Assembly: GCA_964247055.1 (NCBI GenBank)
Contig: OZ176050.1
Coordinates: forward strand, 5,828,001 to 5,892,000
Direction of reading: 5' to 3'
DNA length: 64,000 nucleotides
DNA from: Paragordius varius
Taxonomy: Eukaryota; Animalia; Nematomorpha
The number at the start of each line of letters is the position of its first letter. Positions within the stretch are counted from its first letter, which is position 1. The notes below the pieces were generated by a model. It was not told the origin of the DNA and searched no databases. It saw only the letters and a program-made list of their open reading frames with translations. The translations under genes were made by a program, and so were the position numbers. Below, one piece after another: positions 37,676 through 51,600 of this stretch.

Positions 37676-39910
37676 TCTATAACTATATATTCATAAAAAT
37701 GGAAAGGGCTGAATTTGTGATCTGTTTCCGGAAAACCGGTAGACCCATTTAAATCTAAATCGAAAAAATATAATCATTAATGAATGCCCCGTAAATAGCT
37801 TCGCCCTTTTTTAGAATTAGGCCCCCAGTTCGGGCCCTTGGTGTAATAAACGGGTTTTTTTGAAAACAGAAGTCCACAAAAATCGAGTCTTTTTCCGGAA
37901 AACGTGTTAGACCATTCGATTTCAAATATGATTTTTTTTATTTATTTTCGATTGCGCCGAACATAGTTGGCTTGCTTTTTTGATTTAGGCTCTCTTTTTA
38001 CCCCCTCCCCTCCGCGTAAAATGCCATTTTTTTTAACAAAATCCATAAAAATATTTTTTTGAATCTATTTTTCGCCCATAGTATGACACCGTAAAAATAT
38101 AATGAGGTTTCCAGGTATTCCCTGTTAAAAGTAGTCGTGCGTTTTTTTATATTGGCTGTAGGGTAAACAGATATCCGCTAAAAACTGCCCCGTCATATCG
38201 AAATAGCGTGCCTCTGGGGCTAAATTTCAGAACACCTATCAGGCAATATGAGTTCAATAAATGTTTAAAATATCATCCGTAACAAGGCATATTTGGGTCG
38301 TGTGGTTCAAAGTTAGCCGTTAATTAGACCCTTCACGCCCTGAATGCGCCACCATAGAATGATTTTTCAGTTTTGAGGCAATTTTTCAAAAAACTAATGT
38401 GAGCATACAGAATCATGATTCCAGGTATTCTCCATAAAAAGGCAAAAATCGCTTTTTTTTGTATCAACCACTGTGTAGGGAGCTACCCACCTAAAACTGC
38501 CTTACCATATCTAAATTGCGTTGTTTAGAAGTTAATTTTCAGGAAACTTATCGGGCCTAATAAGTTTAATAAGGGCCTGAAATATTACCCGTAAAAAGGT
38601 AAAAATTTAAGTGAGCGGTTTCTTTTATATTAGCCGTTAATTAGGCCCTTGACGCCCGAAAAAATTATTTAGTTTTCTGAAGCCATTCTTCCAAAAACTA
38701 TTTGGAACATATGGAATGAATGATGATTCCAGGTATTCCCCTATACAGGTAAAAGTTTTTATCGAACGTCTTTCTTATATTGGCCTCTGGGTAGGGGGCT
38801 ACGCGCCTACAACTGCGCCACCATATCGATACAGCGTGACTTTGGAGCCAAATTTTAGAAAACTTATCAGGCCATATGAGTTCAATAAGGGCTTGAAACA
38901 TTACCGTAAAAAGGCAAAAATTTAATTAGGCGTTTTATTAAATTACCCATTAATTAGGCCCTTCCCCTGAAAAATGAGCCACCTAGAATGACTTTTTGGT
39001 TTTGAGGCAATTTTTCTACCCGAATTAAGGCAATAATTTTAATCGAGTGTTTTTTGTTTCAACTCTGATTAGGGGGTTACCTGCGTAGAACTGTGTCCCC
39101 ATATCGATACAGCATGCCTTTGGAGCCAAATTTCAGAAAACCTATGAGACTATGTGAGTTCAATAGGGGCCTAAAATATTTATTAACCCTTAAAAAACAA
39201 ATATTTTAGTAAAGGGAGTTACTTCAATGAGTCGCTTACGCCCTGGAAAATGCACCGCCATAGTTTTTTAGTTTTGAAGCAATATTTCCATGAACTTATG
39301 GGAACATATGGAATCCATGATGATTCCAGATATTTTATACTTGCCCATGGGTAAGGATCTACCCGCCTAAAACTGCGCCACTATATAGAAATTGCGTTGT
39401 TTTGGATCTAATTTACAGAAAATTTATGAAGCCATATGAGCTCATTAAAACGAAATATTATCTATAACTATGTAAAAATTAAGGTCAAGCGTTTTTTTGT
39501 TAGCCGTTAATTTGGGTTTATGCCAAAAATGTGTCCTATATTGAGGTATTTTTTCGAATAACCCATGAGATGATGGTATTAAAGATGATTCCAAATATTT
39601 GCCCTATAAAGGCAAAGAATTTAACTCAGCCCTTTTTTCATATAGGTCTATGGGTAGGGGTCCACCGGTTGAAAACTGAGAGGTCATACAAAAATGGGGT
39701 GGTTTTGGAGCTAATATTTAAATAACTTAAGAAGCCATACGAGTTCAATAAAGGCTTTAAATAATACCCATAAAAAGGTAAAAAGTATAGCGGTTTTTTC
39801 CGTTAGCCCTCAATTTGGGTGGCCTTCACACCAGTAAACAATATATTAGTATGAATTTGAAAATTCTATGGATCATATATTGGATAATGTTTCGAAATAA
39901 TCCACATATA
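37676..39910 (+). mobile_element. Helitron-family copy H2 with an internal tandem array (~6 x ~300 bp), 3' end missing
   Basis: Starts A|TCTATAACTATATATTCATAAAAATGG. Positions 37690-38090 match the other H copies. The motif ttccag(g/a)tatt recurs at ~38109, 38418, 38726, 39322 and 39588. A subterminal motif (agtaaacaatatattagtatgaat...ttcgaaataatccacata) lies at ~39830-39910, but there is no hairpin-CTAG end. Confidence 0.75.
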
Positions 39911-41620
39911 TTGAACACAATTTTTACTTTTTGTAACATATGGTCATATTTTCTACTGAAAAACTAAGAGGAAGTTTAATTGATCTGGATAAATTGATAA
40001 ATTTCTATAGCTCTTATATGCATTTGTAGTTGTAAAATTTTAGCGAAGACACTTTGTCTAGGGCTGACGTATAGACTCCATCATGATAAATAATTTATTT
40101 TTAACAATGATAGTGTTTTACCATAAGTTTACTGCTATTTAAATTATTTTTTAGGAACAAAATTATTGTAATTTTGGTGCTGCTACAAGTAATCATTTCC
40201 CAAATCTATTTATTGATAAAAATATAGTTAAAAAAGAATATTAATTAAAAATGAATATAAATATATATATATATATACATGGCTGTAAACCCGCAATATT
40301 AATTCCATATATTATATTAGTAAGTTTATACAATGCTAAGGATTCTATTTAAATTTATTTTCCATATATATATATATTCAACCTATTTTTATCGTGGACA
40401 GAAATATTTTATAAGGTAAAACAATCCTCTTTTTTGTACCAACACTAATCTCAAAAATGATTCCGACCTAGTTCGTCCACTTTCTCGCTTTTTGAGCGCT
40501 TCATATAAAACACATTTGAAATTGAAAAAAACCTAATCACAAAGCCTCCGTTTTTCTCTGTTTTAAAGTTGAATCGCAAAAAAACTTGCTAATTAAAATT
40601 ATAAGAAATGCTTTAGATTAAAGTTGGAGATTTTTTATTTTTAATGATTTTATAATTGCCCGTCTTTTTCTATTGGGTTTAGGAGCTATCCCAACCTCCA
40701 AAAAATTGAACTGTAAAAATAGATTTTTTATCTAATGCATGAGACATTTGTTTTGAATTATAACGAAACATCTTTAACAGTAGTTTATATACAAGTTTTG
40801 GCTGGTAAACTAAATTATCCCAAAATCTAATGGTTAGAAAAAAATGAGGTAATGAAGTGTTATTACTGTTAGCGATTTCACTCATAAGGTACAGTTTTTG
40901 ATTCTTCAAATAAAAGTATCCTACAATAATTTTTAAGGTTATGCGAAAATTCATTCACACTGGATCCAAATTTTTAACCACAATTTTTTAATGCAAACAA
41001 AATCGATATTATTTACTAAAAAAATACAGAAATCGAATTCGTCCAGAATGTTTTCCTTATGTACTTACCAATATAAAATTGTAAAACTTTATAATATAAA
41101 AATACAAAATCTGTAGCCATATATAACCGGTTTGATTAAAAGACGCCAGGGAATACATAGATGATTAATTTGATTCAGACCATATTTTGTTCATCTGACA
41201 TTAAACTACAAACCTACTTAATTTGAGTTCGCCAAAATTTAACTTATTATTTTTATTTTCCACTAACGTCGGATTTTGTGCCTGAAAAAAATGCTTGTGG
41301 CACGCATTGACAATACAATAATAGGTGTTGAAATTTATTGTTTGTTGGAGTAAGCTCTTTCAAATATATTTTTCGATATCATTATCTTGCATATATTAAA
41401 AATAGTTATCGCAAAATATCCACACTTTTGTGTTTAAGAGGACTAGCTTATTTGTCCCTCCGAGCTCGCATAGAAATATTATTATATTATATAGATAATA
41501 TTGTTTGGCATTTTAAATATAGTTTAGTTTGCATTTAATCATAAATTTGGAATAAGGCAGTTAGCTTACGCCAAAAAACCTTATTCAGCATAATGCGCTA
41601 ATTTTATGATATATCATGAT

Positions 41621-44492
41621 TAAGGTGACCAGACGTCCCGCTTTTGGCGGGACAGTCCCGCTTTTTCACACTTTGTCCCGCGTCCCGCTACGTTTTTGAA
41701 ATGTCCCGCTTTTTCACGATATAAAAATTTTTTTTAATACATTTAAATTTTTTATAAAAAGATTATTTTTTTATCCCTTTAATTAAATTTTTTATCATTA
41801 GTTATCTTTAAAATCTATATCAATTTTAAATGATTTTTTTTATATTAAAAATATTTATTTTTTTCGAATTCATATCATATGATTATACACTTTGCTTCCT
41901 ACTCCTACTGCCAACATTATTAAAAAGACGAATTGATACCACAAATCGGTAGTTTATATGTTTACTCCACAAAATTAAGGTAATATAATATTTTTTTATA
42001 CTAATATTAGTTTTAAAATATGAGTATAAAAAAGGTTGTAAATTCAACGATGATTAATGAAAGAATTTCCTTTTATCAAAAAGAAGAAGAATCAATCATT
42101 TGTTAAATGTTCATTATGCAAGGGGGAATTCACCCTAGCAATGGGGCAAGCATGATATTACAAAGCATATGGAAACACAGAAACATAAAAATTTTTAAGA
42201 TATGGCGGCATCATCCTACAAAATGAGCGATTTTTATTAAAAAGCTTTTGGAGAGGAAGAAAAGAATTTGGCACAAGCCGAAGGCGCTTTATCTTTTGAC
42301 ACTCGCAATCATACCTTTAGATATGTGGATTGTACCACACAGGTTATTACCTTATTCAATAAACATGTACCCGTACAAAGGCAGCCATTGTATGTAATGT
42401 CCTTTCACCACACGAATTTTCTGAAATGCAAAAGCTTTGCTGAAAATTAATTTCATATCGCTATGCTCTGATGCATCAAATCCCAAGGAAACAAAATTAT
42501 TTTCCTCTTAAATAAGATACTTTGATTCAGAAGAGTAGAAATTAAAACTTTAGATTTTTCTCTACCCGGTGAAAATTTCGACATAATATTTATTTCAATA
42601 ATGAATATTCTAGGAAAAAATAATTTAAAAGACAAAATCATCGCATATTGCGCTGACATCACCAATACGAACTTCGGTGGAAAAGCAAGGAGGGGAACAA
42701 AAAATATTTTGTTGGGTGTATGCTCATATACACAACGTATTCAAAGAGCTGCTGATTTTTAGCCCCTGGATGTGGAAAATGTAGTTGTTAAAATATAATA
42801 CTATTTTTATATATACACGGTGCGCGATGAAACACTTAAAGAATTCTGTGAAAATGCAGAAGTTCAATATCAAAAAATGCTTGGATATTGTAAAACTCGT
42901 TGATTGGCTCTTCTGCCAGCTATCGAAAGAATTTTAAAAATGTATGATCCTCTAAAATCCTATTTTTTATCACAGGACAAATGTCCTACAACTTTAACTT
43001 TTTGACAGTGATTCTCTAAAAATATGGTTAGAGTTCCTACATAATCAAGCTTCTCTCTTTCAAAATGTTATTAAATTGATAGAAGGTGCCGAAATTTCAG
43101 CATTCGAAGTAGCCAATGAAGTTATTAACCTAAAATTCCAATGTCAAGAATGGTTAGAAAATAATTTTATACCATTAACCCTCCGCAATATTATAAATAA
43201 TTTAGAAAAACAAGGCTTCATAAATCGCCATCCTGTACTGTACCATATAAAACTGTTTTATACAAACTGTAAAGATTATTTGGAAGATTGGACGGTGCGA
43301 TTCATTGAAATCGATCATTTTCATTGGATAACATTAATTGGATACAACACATTCATTTTAGTCCTTCGATTAAAATTGGGGTAGTTGGATGCCCCAGGCC
43401 TGTTTAAAATTAAATTCTTTAAAAAATATGGAATCAATTGAAATCATGGCAAAAGTTTGCACTTATAAAACATTAATAAACCGAAATATATTAAATTTTA
43501 TTTTTAAAAACACTTGATATTAATTATTTTAATGAAAAACCCAAAGGTAAAATTCACCGTGACATGTGTGCAATGGTTAATTGAAAAATAATACAAAATA
43601 AACCGCTTTTTCTATTTATAACATTGTTAGATGTAAATTAAATAAAAAATAAGCTTTAATTGTACCCTTAAAATAAAAGACAATATTTTGCAAAATTTTT
43701 GCAAAAAAAATGGCGTCGAAATAGTTTGATATGGAACTTTTTTTTCACAACGAAATTTTATCTAGATATTTTGGCTTATTTATATAATTTTTATTAGGAT
43801 AGAATTATAAATTTAAATTAAGACAATTTCCTTCAGTAGTTTTTTAAAAATAATATTTTAAATTTAGTCTGGGATATTTAGATACCCCAATTTGAATCGA
43901 AGTGTTAAAACCATAATTTGATTGGTGCGATGTTTTAAAAATTATTTTACATCAGCATCTCCCAAAATTCCCAAAAAGTAATCTTTCAGAAAAAGATTAA
44001 AAAATATATTTATAATGAAAAACTTAAATTATGGACAACAGAAAAACATACAGTGGAAAAGAAATGGTTGAAAATTTTTCATCATTATAAAACAAACTAT
44101 GTTCGATACAATAATAATTTAAAAATTGTGGATTACTATCTTTACCTAGAACGAATGCTGCTACTGAGCGCGTTCACAGTAAATTAAGTGTGGACATCGG
44201 AAAAATCAAATTTAAATGTTGAAACTTTAAAGGCCATTTTATCTGAATATAATTTGAAAAATTCTTGTGAAGATTTCTACAATATTTTAAAAAATGATGA
44301 CAATCTGCTAAAATGCATTCACTCATATAAAAAATATACCAAGGAATAAAATATTTTTTATATTTTTAATGTATTTGTGTTAAAAAAAATATTACATTAT
44401 ATTTTTTGTATAAAAATTTTTGGTTGTCCCCCCACATGCCCCCTTATCTCAGATTTGTCCCGCTTTATCCTTTAAAAAATCTGGTCACCTTA
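41621..44492 (+). mobile_element. hAT DNA transposon copy 1 (TAAGGTGACCAGA TIRs), transposase pseudogenised
   Basis: TIRs at 41621 and 44480-44492. Perfect 8-bp TSD ATCATGAT (41613-41620, 44493-44500). Subterminal GTCCCG repeats. Fragmented transposase ~42021-44350 with an N-terminal zinc finger and a C-terminal ATERV...SE/KSNLNVETLKAIL dimerisation-type motif; many stops and frameshifts. Confidence 0.93.
43338..43904 (-). mobile_element. TTAA-flanked MITE inserted into hAT copy 1
   Basis: Same family as 23886-25025, bounded by TTAA at 43334-37 and 43905-08. Absent at the homologous position of hAT copy 2 (near 46545). Confidence 0.85.
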
Positions 44493-45061
44493 ATCATGAT
44501 ACGCATTAACCACAAAATGGAAATAACCTTTTTAAATCACAAGCAAGGTCCAAAACCTATAATTTGTTTGTGCACACTGTGTCTAATTATAATGATAGGA
44601 CACGAACATTGAAAATTATGATAAAACGGAAATTTTCAACTATGATTTTCTTCAAAGTTTGTAATTTTAAAATAAATGAACAGTTTTTTAAATAAATAAA
44701 AATTATATTATGTTTAAACTGCACCTCCAAACAAAAAATTGTCTATCATGAGTATTGATGGAAAATGTTATTTGCTGATACACAACTTTAAAGATAATGC
44801 CGACTTTGTACAGCGCGTTACAGGGGACAGTTAGTTTCTTTTTGAATTATTTTCTCAATGATCCTTTCATTATAATATTTTAAATAAGTTAGTTTTTATC
44901 TTATAAGGTGTGTGTCTTCATCAACTTTCAAATAAATTTAATATAATTTTTTAAAGACATTTTAAAATTTAGTTTACCTGTGGGTAAAAGTTTTGACCCT
45001 ATTATTTTCGCAAAAGATAACCAGTCAAACACCAATCGATAAATAAAAGCCATTTCAAATG

Positions 45062-45319
45062 CAGAGGCGTAGTTAAAGGGGGGAAGGGGGGCTGATGCAC
45101 GAGGCGCCATAGTTGAAAAGCGCCAAAAAAATATAATTTTATTTTAAAAAAATAGGTAAAGTTAATATTTCAAATAATACATGGCAAAATCACCAATATA
45201 TGAATGCTCATGACTATGATTTGATTATTTTTTAAAAATGCAAGGGGTCGCATGGAGGACGAGTAAGGTGCCATCACGGATTCATGCACCGAGCGCCAGA
45301 AATGTAAGCCACGCCTCTG
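45062..45319. mobile_element. ~260-bp MITE (CAGAGGCGT...ACGCCTCTG)
   Basis: 9-bp perfect terminal inverted repeats. Internally similar to 15583-15845. Confidence 0.6.
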
Positions 45320-45408
45320 GAAAAATGTATCAGGCTTATCATGGTGCTTTTGGTTTTGCCTCTTACGAATGATTTAATAATTCACACTTTTGTAGTAAGG
45401 GCTATATC

Positions 45409-48400
45409 TAAGGTGACCAGATTTTTTGAAGGAAAACCGGGACAAATCTGAGAAAGGGGGCGGGGGGGTATTTTTATAAAAATGGAAAATGCTGGTTTTG
45501 TGATCTGATTCCGGAAAACCGGTAGACCCATTCAAATCCAAATGTGGAAAAAATATAATCATTAATAAATGCCCCGACAATAGCTTCGCCCTTTTTTGAA
45601 TTGGGTTCCCAGTTCGGGGCCACCCCGTGTAAACGGTTTTTTTGAAAACAAAAGTCCACAAAAATCGTGTCTTTGAGACAATTTTCCGGAGAACGTGTTA
45701 CACAATTCAATTTTAAATATGATTTTATACTTATTATCGATTGCGCCGAACATAATCGGCTCGCTATTTCAATTCAGGCCCTCTTTTTACCCGCTCCCCC
45801 CGTAAAATGCCATTTTTTCAAAAAAACAAAGTCCACAAAAATAATTTTTTAAATCTAAATTTCCCCGAGTAAACAATATATTAGTATGAATGCACCGTTT
45901 TAAATTCCTATGAGATCATAGCTGTTAATTAATTTTTCGAAATAATCCATATGTGGATCCTTTTATCCCTTTTTTTCAAATAGCCCTCTCCCCCAGAAGT
46001 CCGAAGGACTTCCTCGGGCTGCGTAGCAGCACAAGATTTACGCTAGTACATTATAAATACAAAAAATATTTTATTCCTTGGTATATTTTTTATTTGAGTG
46101 AATGCGTTTTAGTAGATTGTCATCGTTTTTTAAAATATTGTAGAAGTCTTCACAAGAATTCGTCAAATTATACTTGATAGATAAAATGGCCTTTAAAGTT
46201 TCATTATTTAAATTTGATTTTTCCGATGTCCGCACCTGATTTACTGTGGAAACGCGCTCAGTAGCGTTTGTTCCAGGTAAAGATAGTGCAAATTCCACAA
46301 TTATTAAAACATTATTGTATGGAACATAGTTTGTTTCAAAATGATGAAATATTTCTAACCATTTCTTTTCTACTGTATTTTTTCTGGTGTCCATAATTTA
46401 AGTTTTTCATTATAAATATATTTTTTAGCTAATTATACTTCAAAAAAAAATCATTCTCTGAAAGATTACTTTTTGGGAATTTTTGAGAGATGCAGATGTA
46501 ATCAATGATTTTTGAACATCGCACCAATTGAATTCTGGTTTGAATGTTATCCAATGAAAATTATCAATTTCATTGAATTGCACCGTCCGTCTTCCAAATA
46601 ATCTTTACAGTTTGTATAAAACATTTTTATATGGTACTGAATATCTTGGCGATTTATTAAGCCTTGTTTTTCTAAATTATATATAATATAGCGGATGATT
46701 AATGGTATAAAAATATTTTCTAACCTTTAGTGACATTGAAATCTTAGGTTATTAACTTCATTGGCTACTTCGATTGCCTAAATTACCTTCTATCAATTTA
46801 ATAACATTTTGAAAGAGAGAAGCTTGATTATGTAAGAACTCTAACCATATTTTTGAAGAATTTTCAAAAAACTTTTCCAAAGTTTTAGGACATTTGTGTG
46901 ATACAAAAAAGATTTTAAAGAATCATACATTTTTAAAAAATTTTCGATAGCTGGCATAAAAGGTAACCAACAAGTTTTACAATATCCAAGCATTTTTTGA
47001 TATTGAACTTCTGTATTTTCACAGAATTCTTTAAGCGTTTCAACACGTACCGTGTATATATAAAAATAGGAATATATTTTTACTACATTGATGGGCCAGC
47101 AACTCTGTAAAAAGCTTAGGGGTAACAAATCAGCAGCTGTTTGAATAGCGTTGTGTATTATATGCGCTGCACACCCAACGCCAATAATGTTTTGATTAAG
47201 ATTATCTCCTAATTTATGAATATTATTCGTTCCCCTCCTTGCTTTTCCACCGAAGTTCGTATTGGTGTTGTCAGCACAATATGCGATATTTTGTCTTTTA
47301 AATTATTTTTTTCCAGAACATGCATTATTAAAGTACATATTATTTCGGAATTTTCACCGGGTAGAGAAATTAAATCTAAAATTTTAATTTTTACTCCGGT
47401 TTCTGAAATATCTTATTAAAGTGGGAAATAATTTTGTTTCATGGTGATTTGATGCATAGTATAGAGATAAGAAATTAATTTTCAGCAAATCTTTTTGTAT
47501 TTCAGAAAATGTATGTGGCGAAAGGACATTGAACACAATGGCTTCAGCCTTTGTAAGGGCACATGTAAATTTTTTATGGAATAACGTGCGAATAACCTGT
47601 GAGGTACAGTCCATAGATCTAAAGGAATGGTTGTGATTAACGTGAAAAGATAACATGCCCTCAGCTAGTGCCAAATTCTTTTCTTCCTCTCCAAAGCGGT
47701 TTTTCGAAAATCGCTCATTTTGTAAGATGATGCCGCCATATCTAAACATTTTTTATGTTTCTGTGTTTCCATATGCTTTGTAATATCATGCTTGCCGCCA
47801 TGTGCTAGGGTGAATTCCCCCTGGCATATAAGACATTTAACAGATGATTCATTCTTCGTTTTTTTGATAAAAGGAAAATCTTTCATTAATTCATTGAATT
47901 TACAACCTCTTTTTGTGCTCATATTTATAAACTACTATTAGTATAATAAATATTATATTACCTTAATTTTCTGAAATAAACGTGTAAGGTACCGATTTGT
48001 GGTATCAATTTGTCTTTTAAGCTACCGATCTGTGGTATTAATTAGGCTTTTTAATAATGTTGGCAAGTAATAAAACTAAAATATTAGTATAATAAATATT
48101 ATTTTACCTTAATTTTCTGGAATAAACGTGTAAGGTACCGATTTGTGGTATCAATTTGTCTTTTAATCTAGAGATTTGTGGTATTAACTTGCCTTTTTGA
48201 TAATGATGACAGTAGTAGTAGGAAGGAAAGTCTATAATCATATGATATAAATTCGAAAAAATAAATTTTAATTTAAAAATAAATTTTAACTTAAAACTTA
48301 TATAGATATTAAAGATATTTAATGATAAAAAATTTAAACGGATAAAAAAATTTATTTGTATTAAAAAAATTTTTTTTATATAATCGTGAAACGGGACATT

Positions 48401-48459
48401 TTAAAAACGTAGTGGGACGCGGGACAAAGTGTGAAAAAGCGGGACGTCTGGTCACCTTA
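45409..48459 (-). mobile_element. hAT DNA transposon copy 2, inverted relative to copy 1, transposase pseudogenised
   Basis: TIRs TAAGGTGACCAGA at 45409 and 48447-48459. Perfect 8-bp TSD GCTATATC (45401-45408, 48460-48467). Transposase fragments: 47665-47922 (CLICQGEFTLAHGGKHDITKHMETQKH), 47384-47749, 46841-47128, 46071-46394 (LSLPGTNATERV). Carries a ~145-bp tandem duplication at ~47930-48190. Confidence 0.93.
45469..46046 (+). mobile_element. Non-autonomous Helitron copy H3 nested in hAT copy 2
   Basis: Begins (ta)tttttataaaaatggaaaatgctgg and ends with the double hairpin and CTAG|T at 46043-46047. Absent from hAT copy 1. Confidence 0.8.
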
Positions 48460-49461
48460 GCTATATCAGAAATCGGCAAAATTTGCTCACATTTTTTTAA
48501 ACAATTTTTTTTTAATGAAAACTAGAGGCTTCATTGCAAAAAAACTACTAAAATATATCAAACACTACATATACATAACAAAACAATATTTTAAAAAATT
48601 TTAATTTTTACATGTTATCCGAAAGTCCTAAATAATTTTACGTTTCTAAAATGGGCTATTCTCTTAAAAAACGCCAAAATGCCGGGATTGCGCATTGAAA
48701 ATTTTAATTAAATTTTGTTCTAAACTAAAATTTTTTAAAAAATGTATGCTTTTTTCAAAAATTAAATGGCAAAATTTCGATGAAGCGTCTTAATACTATT
48801 TTCAGTCATGATGGATAAAAACGCTTTAAGATATCATAAAAGCACTTTTTTCAACAATTAAATGATACTGAAAATTTTTATCACATCAGAATTTTCATTT
48901 AAATTCTCGTTCGACTTCAAATTTATGTAAAATATTAATTGTGTTTATTTTACAAAATTCACCAAAAATTTTAAGCAAACGAATCGCTAAATTAAACCGA
49001 GTGGGAATGTTCAGCATCAATGAATTATGTGGAAAATGCGTTCGCCTCAAAATATTACGAAGTACGCTTCAACAAAATTTTGCCAAAAATTAAATTGTTG
49101 ATAAAAATATGTATATTATCCAAAATATTTTAGTTGATTGCATTTATCACGCAATGTTGGCATTTTTGCGTTTATTTTAAAAGAATTTGCCATTTGGAAG
49201 GACGGAAAAATCTTTGAATTTCGGAATCCTCATCTAAAAATTTATAAAAATATTGTTTAGCTTTTTTTATGTAGTTGTTGATATTTGAAATGACTCCAGC
49301 TTTCACCAAAAAAAATATTTAAAGTGCGCAAATTTTGCCATTTTCTGATATGAATCAATTACTGAAAATGATAATAACTTTCTTATAACACTGGTAAGGG
49401 TTAAAACCAAAAGCACCATTATTATCAGAATATATATATATGTTTTCCAATTATTATACCA

Positions 49462-50165
49462 CTAGCGTAAAACTCGTGCTGCTACGCAGCCCGAGGAAGT
49501 CCTTCGGACTTTTGGGGGGGTGGGGGGTTATTTGAAAAAAGGGACAATAAAATGATCCACATATGTGGATTATTTCGAAACATTATTTAATAGCTATGAT
49601 CTCATAAGAATTATAAAACGGTGCATTCATACATTGATTGTTTACTTGAGGGAAAAATAGATTTAAAAAAATATTTATACATATGATAGAAACTTCTTAC
49701 TCAGCAGCTATCATCAAAGAAACGCTTGACTAAAATTTTTGCCTTTTAACAGGTAATACGAAAAATCCTTATCCTATTTTTACAGTCTCATACCTTGGCA
49801 AAAAAATACAATCAAAAAATTATTTTTGTGGGTTTTTTTTGAAAAGAATGGCATTTTACGGGGGTAGCGGGTAAAAAGAGGGCTTAAATCAAAAAAGTGA
49901 GTCGACTATGTTCAGCGCGATCAAAAATAAGTAAACAAAAATCATATTTGAAATTGAATGGTCCAACACGTTCTCCAAAAAATTGACTTAACCCATTTTT
50001 TACACGGGGTGGGCCCGAACTGGGGACCTAATTCCAAAAAAGTGCGAAGCTATTGTCGGGGCATTCATTAATGATTATATTTTTTCTATGTTTGGATTTG
50101 AATGGGTCTACCGGTTTTCCTGTACCAGATCACAAAGCCAGTTTCCATTTTTATAAATATATAGA
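49462..50165 (-). mobile_element. Non-autonomous Helitron copy H4 (both ends intact)
   Basis: A|TCTATATATTTATAAAAATGG 5' end at 50165. Hairpins and CTAG|T 3' end at 49462. Confidence 0.85.
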
Positions 50166-50233
50166 TTACCATAAATAATATTTTAATATCCATATATCTT
50201 TTGACATCCTATACATATGATGGATACTCCATA

Positions 50234-51212
50234 CTTAGCAGCTATCATCAAAGAAACGCTTGACTAAAATTTTTGCCTTTTAACAGGCAACACGAAAAAT
50301 CCTTCTCGAATTACAGTCTCATACCTTGGGCAAAAATGTACAATCAAAAAATTATTTTTGTGGACTTTGTTTTTTTGAAAAGAATGGCATTTTACGGGGG
50401 TAGCGGGTAAAAAGAGGGCTTAAATCAAAAAAGTGAGTCGACTATGTTCAGCGCGATCAAAAATAAGTAAACAAAAATCATATTTGAAATTGAATGGTCT
50501 ACGTTCTCCAAAAAATTGACTTAACCCATTTTTAACACGGGGTAGGCCCGAACTGGGGACCTAATTCCAAAAAACGGCGAAGCTATTGTCGGGACATTTA
50601 TTAATGATTATATTTTTTCGATATTTGGAATTGATTGCGTTCACCGGTTTTCCGGAAACAGATTACAAAGTTACATGAGAAATCAGTTTTTAGCGGGTAG
50701 CTCCTTACCCAGCAGCTATCATCAAAGAAACGCCTGACTAAAATTTTTGCCTTTCAACAGGGAATACGTGAAATGTATATAGAATTTTTACGGTCTCATA
50801 CCTAGGGCGAAAAATCGATTTAAAAAATTATTTTTGTGGACTTTGTTTTTTGAAAAAAATGGCATTTTACGGGGGGAGCGGGTAAAAAGAGGGCCTAAAT
50901 CAAAAAAGTGAGTCGACTATGTTCAGCGCGATCAAAAATAGGTAAACAAAAATCATATTTGAAATAGAATGGACCAACACATTCTCCGGAAAATTGTCTC
51001 AAAGACACGATTTTTGTGGACTTGTGTTTTCAAAAAAAACCGTTTTTCACACGGGGTGGGCCCGAACTGGGGGCCTATTTCAAAAACAGGGCGAAGCTAT
51101 TGTCGGGGCATTCATTAATGATTATATTTTATCGAAGTTTGGATTATGGGTCTACCAGTTTTCCTGTACCAGATCACAAAGCCAGAATTTTCCATTTTTA
51201 TAAATATATAGA
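50234..51212 (-). mobile_element. Helitron-family copy H5 with internal tandem duplication, 3' end missing
   Basis: A|TCTATATATTTATAAAAATGG at 51212. Two ~450-520-bp subunits (cagctatcatcaaagaaacgc at ~50239 and ~50713). Confidence 0.75.
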
Positions 51213-51600
51213 TTACATCACGGTCTACATATCTCAACAACACCCTTCTAACTATTTTCTGATAAACGATTTTTAACCTATTTTTTTATTTCTCGTCTAT
51301 TTAATCTTCTGTAGCGCAAGATGCTAGCATTGGTTCTAAAATACAATAGGATAATAATAAGAAAATAAATTAACATTTTGTAAACATCGCGGATTCGTTT
51401 GATACTTTTTATCTCCCCGTCAGAAAGCGTGAGTTGCAACACAAGGGTAAGTTCAGAGTTTGAGACCTGGGAATCATAATTTTTATAGATTTCAATCTAA
51501 TTTGTAACAAAATCCTTCACATCCAGACTGTCGTAGTTTTCTGTTAATCAGCTCCAACACCCGAAGGATTAAAATCTACTTTATCTCCAGCTCATATTTT

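Larger units (their letters stand above)
45338..49414. repeat. Old ~1-kb foldback element whose left arm is interrupted by hAT copy 2
   Basis: atggtgcttttggtttt (~45342) pairs with aaaaccaaaagcaccat (~49393). tatcagaaatcggcaaaatttgctcac (~48463) pairs with gtgcgcaaattttgccattttctgata (~49324). Further inverted matches at ~48670/49170 and ~48765/49080. Confidence 0.6.

Noticed and set aside
40420-40960. Possible degenerate transposase-like reading on the minus strand
   Set aside because: Many stops and no diagnostic motif that I could identify.
41621-48459. Composite transposon made of the two hAT copies
   Set aside because: Each copy has its own distinct TSD and there is no shared TSD at the outer ends.
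51410-51480. tRNA- or SINE-like segment (gttcagagtttgagacc)
   Set aside because: No cloverleaf or convincing A/B boxes. No tRNA or rRNA gene is supported anywhere in the window.
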